Notes: generated from the letters alone by a model not told the origin. Counted from the first letter of the stretch, positions 1-11,530 are shown. The stretch is DNA of 64,000 bases from Eukaryota sp. GEM-RC1 (GCA_040285855.1 JAUFOQ010000004.1:1550001-1614000); one strand, 5' to 3'. Made by a program: numbers and translations.

Positions 1-3000
1 TCCTCTAAAGGGGCTGATACGTAATGAAGGTCTGCAAATCAATAAGTCGTTGTTCTTCTTGGAATCAGTATTGACAGCAATTGTCTCTCGTAAACCACAT
101 GTTCCATACCGTAATTGCGCCCTCACTTCGCTTCTACGTTTTAATTTATCCCATGCACCTAAACTGGTGATAATGGCGTGTTTGTCTTTAAGTTCAGAAC
201 TAGTGTCTGAGTCTCTTGCCACGTGTCTGTTTTTCCGTAGAATCGGTCTTATCAAGGGAGTCAGAGATACTGCGTCTAAACCAAATATGAAACAAATTTT
301 GAAAGATCATTTCCATGCACTCGAAGGGTCAAATATACCTTCAATTAGTGATTTACTTCATGATTTAATGGACGAATCTAACAAAAATCCACCACGCGTC
401 GGTTATAATAGCGGAATCGATTGGGAAGATCCATCTCCTGTTTCATTAAGAACTGTACAACGTCCTTCGTCGCTGCTTTCACGCGAATTGTCAACAATTT
501 CAAAAGATGGTACTATTCTCGATTCTGTCGTGAAAAAATCAAGTCTATTGAGTGAGCAACGTTCGAATACTGCTAAAGCCAGTGTACTTGATAATCTTTC
601 TCCTACAGAAGAGGGAAGTTAGTGTTGAAATCAGAAGTGGATTTCAACAAAGTTCTTCAGCAGAAAGCTCTGATGACAGCGAAAACGCCGAACGTGTAAC
701 TTCTGACAAGAATCTACTTATCGAGTCTGAGTCTAGTGATTATACCAGAACTTTCAATTTTAAAAAATTTGGAGCATTTCTTTTCTACTTATCAATAGTT
801 TGTATATTCATTTATGTATTTTCCACATTTTCATTTGCTGCCGTCTATGCTTACTTCCATGTTCTCTTATGTCCGTCCAGTCTAGTGTTTGATGCTGGAA
901 CTTATGCTTTTGGTCCTGATGATACTACTTGGACGCTACACCAAGGAGCAACTGGAGTTTGGTTTGATTGTCACGTATACTTCAACTTCGATTTTGACTC
1001 CAGTCCACAAGTTTTCCTGTCTATTGAGTCTATTGAATCCTCTGAAATTCTTAATGTTGACCTCCGCCTACGTAGTGTTTTCAGTGATCATTTTGCAGTA
1101 AGAATATCAACTAGACGACCCTCATTCATCAACAAACTCGCTATAACTTGGATTGCTGTTGATCAGTCGTGTCTAAAAGAAACGAAGTCGTATTTGTATG
1201 GTGGATTTGTAGACTTTGATCCAACTCTTTATGGTATAATGACTAATGTTTCACATTGGTCGACCAGCCAAATGACCCCTTTGCGCCTTCAAATGATTGG
1301 AATTCAACAACGTCGGTATTTTATTCCATTCATTCATTATTCTTTGAACAAGATTCCCACGACAATAATTTAAATATTCACTTTCCTAAATTATTGAAAT
1401 ATGAAGGTAATACGAACTCACTACTCAATATTTCTCATGGATTCTACAGTGACGGTTTCTTAGATCTCGCACGTTTCAATTTACTAGTTCTCGACAGCTC
1501 CCTCTTAATCTACACAGATCTAGTTTATGACGTGATCGAAATGAGCTCAGAAGTCTTTAACGATTACAATCTTGATGATAAGGGATCAACATCCTTTGTT
1601 GTTGACGTGTCATTTCCGAAGGTTTTCATGCAAATACCTAAAGTTTACATTTTTCTATTTGAGTATAATTCTGCTAATACGGTCTTGTCATATACTACGT
1701 CCATTGAAGCTGTTGATTTTAATCAATTTCGACTGCGAGTCACTACCTTAGAAAACTGCAGGCTATCAAATATTTCATTTTATTACATTGCTTCTACTGA
1801 TTCTGTCGCTGTTTTTGATGTTATAGATTATCTGATATTATTTTTCACTGTTCTTCTTGTTCTTCTGGCTTTGTTACTGGAGCGGTTTCCTCCCTCTTTC
1901 GAAAGAAATACATCCTATGAAACCTATCACGAATTCTCAGATGATTGGTTTGCTGATGAAATGTCCCAATATGAGTCCTCTGAGTACAACAGTGCTTTGC
2001 TTAACAATTCCACCTGGGTTACGATGCTAGAGCATTTTGACTCCATGAAAAGAGAAATAAATCTGGGAAACGAGATGTCGTCGAAGTAGTTTTCTTAATG
2101 ATATTTGCAATGATTTTACTGTTTTCTCTATTTCTGTTTTTCCGTGACTACATTCTCGCAAGTAAATTCTTCCATTCATTTCAGTCCGTGTATCTTACCT
2201 TCTTCATTTTAGGCTTGGAACATTTTCTATTGGTTCTTGCCTTCATGTATGTTTCCTAGTACTCATTGTACTTATCCCAGGTCCGTATCATGGCCAGAAC
2301 ATCGGCTGGTAAAAGGGTATAATTCAACCAATGAAAATGTTGCTATCGTGATTGCTAGTCACATCTCTGCCGGTCGTGATCCTGATTTGATTTTGAGAAA
2401 TTGTAAACAAAATCTTTTCCGACCACCTTCTGGGTCACAACTACAAGCCATTCGTGATGAAAAATGTGATCAATTTGAGCGAACCTTACGTCTTGCATCT
2501 GCAAGTGTTGGTATGTTAGACATATTTTAAAAATTGACTCAAGCGGATGGAAATGTTTACGTTTGCCATAACGCTAACATGAAAGAGCCATATCCTAATG
2601 ACAAAACAATTTCAGTAATTAACAGACTGAAAAAGTGGGGAAGAACCGTCAATTACGTCTATATCCCCACTGGTAACAAAACCTTTGTCTGAATTATGTA
2701 GCAAAAAACATGTTATCTCGTCGACCAGAAATCACTCATGTCGTGATTATGGACGATGACGTGCAAATCCCATCAGACATGAGCTGGCAGTCTCATTTAA
2801 TGGAAGAAGAAGATGTAGCAGGAGCAGTCATTACGATTCGAACAGATATGAATCGTCCTCATCTAAAGCGTTCTAGCAGACGAAGGTCGCTACTTGTTTG
2901 GTTCCAAGATATGGAATATATGGTTTGTTGATCTTTTCTTTTCAGACTCATTTCAGATATCAGGATTAATGAAGCAGTGTCAGTCAACTTTTGGAACTGC

Positions 3001-4104
3001 AGCTTACCCTCATGTGTGTTTACTGTTGTTAATTCATTTTAGGGAGCTATAAGTATCTGGAAAAGAACTATCTGATAAGTGTTTTAAACCATCATAACAG
3101 TGCTTTTCATGGTGAAGATGTTTGTTTTTATCTTTCATAGTTTAACTTTAGGCACAGATGGGTTTCATTTTACGTGAAAAATTCAAAAAACCTTTGCGGT
3201 TAGTTACCATGGCCGCCACTCCAGTTTTAACATTTCCTCCTACTGAATTGTTCCATGTTGGAGAGGATTTCTTTGGTGATCATGTGGTTGATGAAAAAGT
3301 TTATTTAATCAACGTGTCAAATCCTGGGATGCCTGTTCTCACAGATTTTTCCCCAAATACGTTGAACATTTTCTGAGGTACTGGAATACCAACACGCTGA
3401 TTTTAAAGGTTTTCTACGTTTATGAGATTATAACCATCATTCGGGATTATTTTCATCTCCTAGTCATCTTGTATTTTGTTCTGCTGCAAGACTTGTCTAC
3501 ATTAGGATTGATCTATTTCCGAGTTTTTCTCATTCAATATGTTGTGTTCTTTGTCTTCAATTACGTTAAGTTGCGACGTCGAAGAGATCTTCAGAGTCCG
3601 TTTTATGTTGTTGTTTTATTCCCCGTGTATCGTATGATTCTTGCGGTTTTCAGAATCTTTGCTTTAATGTATAACCTATTTGAGTACCTTCCAAAACGTC
3701 GAATGCCTAATTCTGAGGATGCTAATTTAAAAGTTCCATATTTCCATAATTATTTGTCTCTACTAGGTAAACCTGAGTTGTGGCACCAGGTTTGGGATAT
3801 TGAAAAAGTAAAGGCGGGGCCTTCAGTATCTCTTCCTGACGATCTTCCTCCTGTCTTAATGCCAAGTTCTGGAACTCCTAAATACCAATCTGATAACAGC
3901 TCCCCTGCATCCTCTTTGTATTATCACTCACCTAACAGCCCCCAAACTCCGTCTTTTGCTCTCAATTCTTCTCCTACAGGTAATAGGTGGAATACGTCAT
4001 CATTAGCTTTGAATGACTCCAAATCACCAGGATTCAGTCAGAGTGCACATTCCAAGTTGATGGGAATCACAAAGATGTTGAGTTGGGAGGAGTATTTAAA
4101 TTAG
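1..4104 (+). CDS. Putative fusion: kinesin motor (C-terminal part, runs off left edge) - TM - 2x H-type lectin - TMs - processive GT2 glycosyltransferase (HAS/chitin synthase-like)
   Basis: Frame 2 from base 2 reads EGLQINKSLFFLESVLTAI..HVPYRNCALTSLL (kinesin motor end). H-lectin-like motifs: VYFNFDFDSSPQVFLS..ITWIAVD and VSFPKVFMQIPKVYIF..FYYIAS. After splicing five mini-introns, GT2 motifs appear in order: TGNK, VIMDDD, WFQDMEY, HGAISIWKR, FHGED, NQRVKSW, followed by TM helices. Single-base shifts near 612, 1260, 2050, 2686, 3063 and 3297 are needed to join the ORFs. Confidence 0.65.
2247..3151 (+). other. Five GT-AG mini-introns: 2247-2280, 2511-2543, 2923-2956, 3014-3042, 3120-3151 (29-34 nt)
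   Basis: Donors are GTATGT/GTTTGT/GTGTGT and acceptors are CAG/AAG/TAG. Removing each one joins coherent GT2 peptide (AFM-SVSWP, ASVA-DGN, EYM-ISG, PH-GAIS, GED-AQMG). Confidence 0.8.
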
Positions 4105-4304
4105 TGTATTTGAAGATATATTTATAGTCTTTTATTTTTCATAATGTATCGTACATAAATCATTGCACAGAACAAACCCTCGGTTTAGTGCTGGTCCAAA
4201 CAGATCTAAGTTACAGAATGTGATGAGTTTGTACTGGTACACACAGAGATTCTACGACACAGTGACACCAAACGTCAAAAGGTAATTTGATTAAAGTGTT
4301 GTCT

Positions 4305-4600
4305 CACAATGTTTCTACAATACATTATTCAGATGCTGAAAATTTGACAATAAAAAGTTGTGAAGGTACAAAAATACGAGCAGACACCTACATCGACGTA
4401 CAGTGGGTCCCTGTTACTACAAATGTTGTTGAAAGGCTGTTCAGTCGTGTTAGAATAACAAAAGGATTATCATGAATGGCTCTTAGTCACGAAAGACTTG
4501 AAGCTCAGCTATTCTTGTCAATCAATAGAGGTTATTGGAATGTGAATAGTGTGAAAGAAATGGTGAGTGTACAAAGCAATGATCTTGTTGACGGTTCAAG
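4305..4600 (+). mobile_element. hAT transposase C-terminal (dimerisation) remnant, copy 1
   Basis: Reads WVPVTTNVVERLFSRVRITKGLS*MALSHERLEAQLFLSINRGYW. A near-identical copy lies at 19303-19630 and has CGA where this copy has TGA. Confidence 0.75.
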
Positions 4601-4852
4601 GCAGCACGAGCAGGATGCTAGCATCTCATTTGATAAACGGTCAATGTATGAGGAAAATGCAGCATATGTATCAGCTCTGGCACTATACAGCAGCCAACTT
4701 GATGGTTCTATCGGCTTTTTTCTAGGACAAAGACATCTCACAGCAAGAACCACGGAAGGCATAGTTATATTTGGTGCTCTTGTACTTAGATCTAGATCTA
4801 CATTGAGTTGCTCGTCGGGAAAACAGATTTGATTCAGCAAAATCTAGTTCTG

Positions 4853-4970
4853 AATTAATGACACTGACATTAATTTGGACACATCATAATTAATGTCACT
4901 TCTCAATTAATGTCAGTGACATTAATTTGGGTTTGGTCTTCCAAAAAAGTTCGTTCGGAATTAATGTCAG
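4853..4970. repeat. Palindromic AATTAATGTCA repeat array upstream of Fanzor (candidate element left end)
   Basis: 4853-4875 and 4905-4927 form a 23-bp inverted pair with 1 mismatch. Further AATTAATGTCA units at 4888 and 4959. Confidence 0.8.
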
Positions 4971-5009
4971 ATCTAGATTATTATTTTGAACATATACCAT
5001 TTCCTTGAA

Positions 5010-7761
5010 ATGAATGATTGTTATAAAGATGAAACTTTCAAATGCTTACAAGAACTTAATGAAGACAGCAATCCCGAAGAAGTTCAATTGGTCAATAATG
5101 TCCAAAACTTACATGACATAATTGATAATGTTTTAGTTCCAGACGATCCCTTATTAGTGAATGTCAATAAGATTAAAAAAAATTTCTAAGCACTTTGGAG
5201 AAAATAAACAAACTTTGGGCTGCTGAATCGACAAAACCGCTATTGTTGATGAACTCAATTCAACAATTACCTCTGATTGGATACTTGTTGGCTGACCTAT
5301 TGGATCCCAAAAAGCAAACATTACGGTCAAAGTCACCAATGAAAGTGTTTAAGAAACAACTGGACAATGTTGTATCCAAAGCGAAGGTTGGAGTGATCGA
5401 ATCTCCTGTTAAGAGAGCTCATCAAGTAGGAGTTCGTGGTACTCTGTTTTTGGAAACAAATTTTTGTTCATAATTTCCACCATTCTGGTATTTTAGATTA
5501 AACTATTTTAAAATATACTGCTGCTTCTGTACCAAATGTAACTGTTAAGGAAGAAATGGGTTCTCATACAGATGATGCAACTGATGGAGCAACTGATGTA
5601 CCTATAGAGTCTATCAATACTAGCCCTATTAAATTAGATGTTATTAAAGATGAGAGTGATGAAGATTACCTTTGGACTAAAATTCAAACTACCAAAAATG
5701 AATTGCCAGACTGGAAGAATTTTTTACGTTGAAATCAATGGAACAAATGTTGTCCATGACCACGACTAGGGATGAAAAACCTGTAAACAACCAGAATCAT
5801 ATTACGACTGTACAAGAGTTTTTGACACTGATAATTTCTAAAATAAATGATGCCTCAACTCAAAATCAGTATGCCCAACACTTCTTGTTTCATTACATTC
5901 GTTGTTTAGAAACAGCTGCTCAATCTTTTCGACGTGATAGAATTGTGCTTCACAGTAGCCTCTATTTGTCTCGTATATTGCATTACATAGCTACTGAAAT
6001 TAAATTATTACAAATTACAACATGGCGATTAACCTGAGTGAATACTTTCATGAATATATTTTCCAAGTTTTGAATTTGGTTACCCATAAAAAAGAGAGAA
6101 TTGACAAACTGACTGATAAGAATTATCGACAAAAGCTGTGTACAAGACGTAATGATGGGGAAATTTCAGAAAACAATTTTCCAGATGCTGAAGTGTATTC
6201 GCAACCCAATTGTAGACTGAATTTACAATAAGTGAACTATTTGTTTACTTTTGTGATGGTAAAATGGAAATAACAATCTATTATGCTGAACAAGTGGATC
6301 ATTTGAATTTCTTAAGTCATGCAGTGTATTTGAAAGGTCATGTTAAAGACTCTTGTACTGATGTTAAGGCCATATTCCTTTTCGCTGACCAAATTATTGA
6401 TTCCTAATCATATAAGGTTAGATACAATGGTTTGAGAGTCAAAAATTACAGGTAGCTATGATGACGTTCGAAAAGGTCTTTGGCACTCAGTTTTGAAACC
6501 GAAGTCTCTTCCAAAGTCATTGCCTTATGACTTCAAATACAGTTCTATTTCTACGGATGGAGTTAGCTGTAGTTAAATAATGGTGTGGAAAAATCCGCTT
6601 GATGCGAGAAGAAATCCTCATAAGAAGGTGAAAGCAGTTGACTACACCAGTAGTGAAAGGTACATTGAGTCTTTGAGTTCCGTAGAAATTCAACACTTTA
6701 AAAATTACTTTTGTATTAAGACAATCTCTACCGTTTATCTGAATCCGAACATCAATACTCTACCCAATTTATTCACAGTTCAAATGTCAGGAACTGACAT
6801 AAATGGGCAACAAGTTTTAAATAAATGAAGTTTCAACTCGCCAGGGAATAAGTCTTATGTAATGACTCAATTTTCTGATTTTGTTATTGGTAAAGAAATA
6901 ACATGTTCTTTATTACGATCACCCACTACTGATCGTAGAACTACTGAAGAAGTTTACGAAGAAAGGTTATAGACGGAATCGTCTCACACATTATTCAAGA
7001 AAGGAACGAAGTGAGAAGAATATGCTTCACAGATTTGCTCTACAGTTTGGAAACCCAGATGAAATCGTTGTTGGGTATGGAGACTGGAACGACACTGCTT
7101 TTTGTCGAAGAAGAGGTAAATCATCAACTGTAAAATGTACTTCAATTCGTAAATTATTGAGAAAATTTGGATTTAAAGTTGTCTTAGTTGATGAATTTAC
7201 GACCAGCAAATGTTGTCATACATGTGTTTTTAAAAACGACGAAGGTATCTGTTCCAGACCGGATTCGGTAAAAGTCACTGGCCCTCATTGGAAGAAGAAG
7301 TTACAAAAGGAAGAGAAAACATTAAAAAAAGAAATTATGGACCATAATCTATTAGATGAAAATGATAATCAAGATTTTACCGACGAATGGACCAGACAGT
7401 TGCCAAAGAAAAATCAGACACAAACAAAGTCTCACCATGGGGCTTAGTTGAATGTGCTAAATGTAATGTCCTCTGGAATAAAGACTTCAACTCACCTATC
7501 AATATTTATAATATTGTCCATGGACCCATTCAAGGTCAAGGTAGACCTTCCATCCTCGAGAGACCAAAATCTCAAACAACACATATCGTGGATGGCGGAA
7601 ATACAGATCAGATTCCTAAGAAAAAGACGGTGATTAAGGGTAAGAGTAATGGTAAGCGTCCTCTAACAACTGTCAGAGGTCCTAACAACTGTCGTAAATG
7701 TTCTCAACGTGGACATAACAGAACAACTTGTCCAAATAACCCTAGGAAAGATGTACCCTAG
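5010..7761 (+). pseudogene. Fanzor1 (TnpB-related RuvC RNA-guided endonuclease), decayed, with C-terminal CCHC knuckle
   Basis: Motifs in order: SSISTDGVSCS (6541-6573, then in-frame TAA), ERYIESL, RuvC-I-like VYLNPN, QFGNPDEIVVGYGDW, RuvC-II VVLVDEFTTSKCCHTC, WGLVECAKC, RuvC-III LWNKDFNSPINI, RPSILER, then CRKCSQRGHNRTTC. Several stops and frameshifts; the 5' boundary is uncertain. Confidence 0.88.
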
Positions 7762-7916
7762 GACTTACACGTAAACCAGAAAGATCAGGAATCATGAATC
7801 TATGAAGTTAGCTCGTTTTACAGGACTGTGCGAATGAGGACATTTATATGTTCACACTGTATCTTATCACATGAAAACGTATGAAGGGTGATGCCTTTAT
7901 CTTCAATGTACATCTA
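7762..7916 (+). ncRNA. Candidate Fanzor omegaRNA / right-end region
   Basis: Positional inference only: Fanzor omegaRNAs are encoded at or after the ORF 3' end, up to the element end. No structure was verified. Confidence 0.25.
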
Positions 7917-8069
7917 TGTTACATCAGATGTATTTGGAATGAAATTCTTTCTTCATCTAAAGACACGAAACTATTTGTCTTCTCCCCTCACATGCGTTTG
8001 TCTCCCCGATCCAAGTTCAATGATACATCCTTTAAATACATCTACATCCACCAACCTCTATTGGTTTTG

Positions 8070-9812
8070 ATGAATCTTCACCTAATCCAACGTTTACTAG
8101 GGCCAAAAGCCGATTGTACCGATCCTCGACGTTTTCTCCATCGTTTGATGCTCTTTTTACGAAAAGTTTCCCATGTCAGTCAGTACTTCTATGAATCTGC
8201 TTTCTCTTCAATCAAAGTGTTCGTTGAAACAAACACTTTCACCATTCTTCTAGAGGATCTTCCCCTTCTTTTTTCAATTGCATATCTCTTTAAAGCAGAG
8301 GTACGCTCAGTGGACGCTCACGTAAACAAATCTTTTGCAGTTGAAGATCTTCTCAAGTATTCCCATGTTATTACTGGTTTGAAGGCTAGTTTGAATAATG
8401 CCTCTGATTTGGAATTTCTAAATATTTCTTCTCCTTTCAACTTTCATCGACTTAAACAAGTTAATTTAAGTGTTAATATTTCGGTATTTATTAAATTGAC
8501 GGAGTTTTTGAAAACTAATTTATCAATTACAGAGATTGATATCGCGAATAGTCCTATTGGAGATGAAAATGTTCTACTTTTGTCCAGTATTCTCAGGAAT
8601 AATTCTAGAATTACTAAAGTTAATCTGACGAATACCTCTATTGGATCTAGTTCAGCCTATTCATTGTCTGAAGTGCTAAAAGTGAACTCTACAATTGAGG
8701 AGATTTGTTTAGATAATAACTGGATTGATGATGAAGGTGTCTTGGCTTTAGCTGAGGCATTGAAAGCCAATTCAACAGTTAAAAATATTCATCTACAAAA
8801 CAACTCTATAACTAGTGAAGGTGCCACGTCATTGGCCGCTGTGTTGAAGGTAAATTCCACACTTGTTGAGATCTCTCTCAGTCAAAACTCTTTCGGTGAT
8901 GATGGGGTTTTGGTTTTGGCGGAAGCATTGAAAGAGAATTCAACTATTACCAAGATTCCGTTGTCTGTTAATTTTATTGGTCCTGATGGTGCTAAGGCAT
9001 TAGCAGAGATGTTGAAAGTAAACTCAACAATTGAGGAGATTTCTCTGCAAAACAACTCTATTGGTGATTCAGGTATGATTGCGATTGCTGATGCATTGAA
9101 AGTTAACTCTGTTATTTCGAAGATTTTTCTCGATCTTTCTGATATTGAGACGGCAGGTGCAATTGCATTGGCTGAAACATTAAAAGTGAATACCACCATT
9201 ACCACTATTAATCTATTTTACAACCGCCTTGGACCAAAAGGAGCAATTGCCTTAGCTAAATCGTTGGAACTGAACACTTCTGTTACTGAGATTAATATGT
9301 CCATTTGCGATATTGGTATTGAAGGAGCTGTGGCTTTAGCCAATGTATTGAAGATTAACAAGAACATTTCTCAAGTTTTAATATTTGGTAATTTTATTGG
9401 TGACGAAGGGGCCATAGCTTTGGCGGAAGCTTTGAAGGAAAACACTTTAATTACTGAACTTAATTTATCTAATACTTCTATTGGTGCCAGCGGTGCTGTT
9501 GCTTTGGCTGAGGCCTTAATGGTTAATTCTTCTATAACTTCATTTTACCTTAATTTAAAGAATAATTCTATTGGAGATGAGGGTGCTGCTGCATTTGCTA
9601 ATGTATTGCTACAAAACTCTGCAATTACTGAGATTACTCTCAATTTAGAGTATAATAAAATTACTCAAAAAGGCACCATTGCTCTGATTGAAGCTATTGA
9701 AGCTAATTCTTTTGTCACGATGATTCATGTTAATTCAAGAGGAAATTCAATTCATTTTAGAACAATGCAAACCATTGATAGAAAGTTTCGAGGTCGTATC
9801 AGTTGTCAATAA
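8070..9812 (+). CDS. Ribonuclease-inhibitor-type (NLRC3-like) LRR protein with 28-aa repeats
   Basis: About 15 repeats of NxIGDEGAxALAEALKxNSTITxIxL. Likely start is ATG 8070 (MNLHLIQRLLGPK); the ORF track extends it to 7881. Confidence 0.9.
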   Translation: MNLHLIQRLLGPKADCTDPRRFLHRLMLFLRKVSHVSQYFYESAFSSIKVFVETNTFTILLEDLPLLFSIAYLFKAEVRSVDAHVNKSFAVEDLLKYSHVITGLKASLNNASDLEFLNISSPFNFHRLKQVNLSVNISVFIKLTEFLKTNLSITEIDIANSPIGDENVLLLSSILRNNSRITKVNLTNTSIGSSSAYSLSEVLKVNSTIEEICLDNNWIDDEGVLALAEALKANSTVKNIHLQNNSITSEGATSLAAVLKVNSTLVEISLSQNSFGDDGVLVLAEALKENSTITKIPLSVNFIGPDGAKALAEMLKVNSTIEEISLQNNSIGDSGMIAIADALKVNSVISKIFLDLSDIETAGAIALAETLKVNTTITTINLFYNRLGPKGAIALAKSLELNTSVTEINMSICDIGIEGAVALANVLKINKNISQVLIFGNFIGDEGAIALAEALKENTLITELNLSNTSIGASGAVALAEALMVNSSITSFYLNLKNNSIGDEGAAAFANVLLQNSAITEITLNLEYNKITQKGTIALIEAIEANSFVTMIHVNSRGNSIHFRTMQTIDRKFRGRISCQ

Positions 9813-11229
9813 CTTCGGTCTCATTTATAGTGATCACATTTTTTTAATTTTTCCTAGATGTGCTGGCTAGAGCGATCAACATACATTATTAAATAGTTAA
9901 ATTAATTCGTGTGCCCACAGCCCAGTGTATTTTGACCTGTTGTGCAGACCTCATTAGTGTTTATTAATCAATTGTTGCGAATCGAAATCAATACCAAAAT
10001 AAAAGTATAGTCAAAGAGTGACCAAGAATTTCACATAAATTGAGGGCAATATTCACAAAGATCGATTAGGTGCCCACATTAATCGTTTAGGCTTTAGTAT
10101 TTAACCATCACCAATATAGACTGTGTAAGGAAGGAAGAAGTGTGTGGCGCAAGATCTTTCAGTGACACTACGGATGAAGTACAACATATGAAGGCTTGTC
10201 ATAAACAGTTGAGTTTCTAAATGACATAATATTGATCACATTTCTGATACAAAACAGATGAGATACTATACCAAGAGCTCTCTTGAATTTGACATTCAAT
10301 TATTGCCAATAAATAAATGCAATAATTGATTGGTACCACTTATGTAAGGGGCAATAAAATGTCAAATAATATGCCACATACTAAAGGAACTACTGTACTA
10401 GACCCATTTGAATTTTTGAACAACATACAATGTACAGCTATCATGACTCACACGTCAGCTGTTTCCTTGCCTTCAAGCCTCCATGACGCCAAACAACTTG
10501 GTAACTCTGTCCCTTTTACTGCAATTGATAATTTCACACTAGCTGATGACATAAATCCTATCTGATTATCATTCATAATGTTCACTGTGTAACTTGTCGG
10601 ATTTTCATCTGAGAAGAGTGGTCCGTATAATGTGTTGTTGTGTTGCATCAAAAGGCAGCTGGGCGTCAGTACTGGTACTATCATCTTTTCATCAACCGCT
10701 CTGAATTGGAATCATTTCGCATTACCTTTGATAGACCGCGGAAGACACTGATTGATAATTAGTGTCTTAAGCAGTGATCACGTGCTCTATCATTTCGTCG
10801 AGTTTATCTATGTAATGAGTTTCCACTACATACATATATCACAACAGTAGGTTATTTGAATTCAATTACAATTAATTGCAATAATTAAGTACATGTACAT
10901 ATACGAGATGTCGTAAGTTAACGACACAATTTTGAACATGTATCAAAGAAATTTTCAGCAGCATTACCAGTGTTACCAGGAATAGATATAGCAAAAGGAA
11001 TCAATTTAAAGCAAGAATTCAAAATGTTATTCAGGTTCGTCATTGTGTCAGAATACGTATCAATCTTTCATTTTTCAGCTTCGGATAAAGGATTGATCAA
11101 TATTGGATTGTTATGCATTTCTTGGTGACCAATTAAATAACAGTTCAATTGTACCAGCCAGTTACCATTTCTTGTTGTAATCTTCTTGGGTTCCACACAA
11201 TCTAATGGGGCTGGGACTGACTTTCATCA

Positions 11230-11302
11230 GACCTAGTGGCGTAATTGGAAGCGCACTTGACTACGAATCAAGGGGTTGTGGGTTCGAGTCCCGTCTAGGT
11301 CT
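11230..11302 (+). tRNA. tRNA-Arg(ACG)
   Basis: Acceptor stem GACCTAG/CTAGGTC, anticodon arm CTTGA-CTACGAA-TCAAG, T loop GGTTCGAGTCC, no encoded CCA. Confidence 0.95.
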
Positions 11303-11305
11303 AGC

Positions 11306-11310
11306 TTTTT
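11306..11310 (+). terminator. Pol III T-run terminator of tRNA-Arg
   Basis: TTTTT located 4 nt after the tRNA 3' end. Confidence 0.7.
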
Positions 11311-11530
11311 GCCTTGTTTTTGTTTTTAAGCGATAAACTTCATTTAATGAACTGCACAAAATGGTATATTAAGAATTTTTACTTTGATTTTGGGAAATGG
11401 ACATTAAGGCATTTTTCTGGAATCAGTTCATGTGCCGCAAACAGAGAACAGATTGCGTACACCGCTTCAGTATATCAACGCAAAGCACTAATCTACAAAT
11501 CATAATAAAATTAAACAACAAGAATTGAAT

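Noticed and set aside
4305..4832. hAT remnant or the following ORF as the cognate transposase/recombinase of the Fanzor
   Set aside because: The same hAT fragment occurs at 19303 without a Fanzor. The 4600-4830 peptide has only a vague recombinase-like look. Linkage is unsupported.
8882..9205. Antisense ORFs within the LRR, WD40, giant and BTB genes
   Set aside because: They are shadows of codon bias and repeats on the coding strand.
9850..11200. Short ORFs at 10326-10684
   Set aside because: No recognisable motif and interrupted by stops. Possibly a decayed gene, but not assignable.
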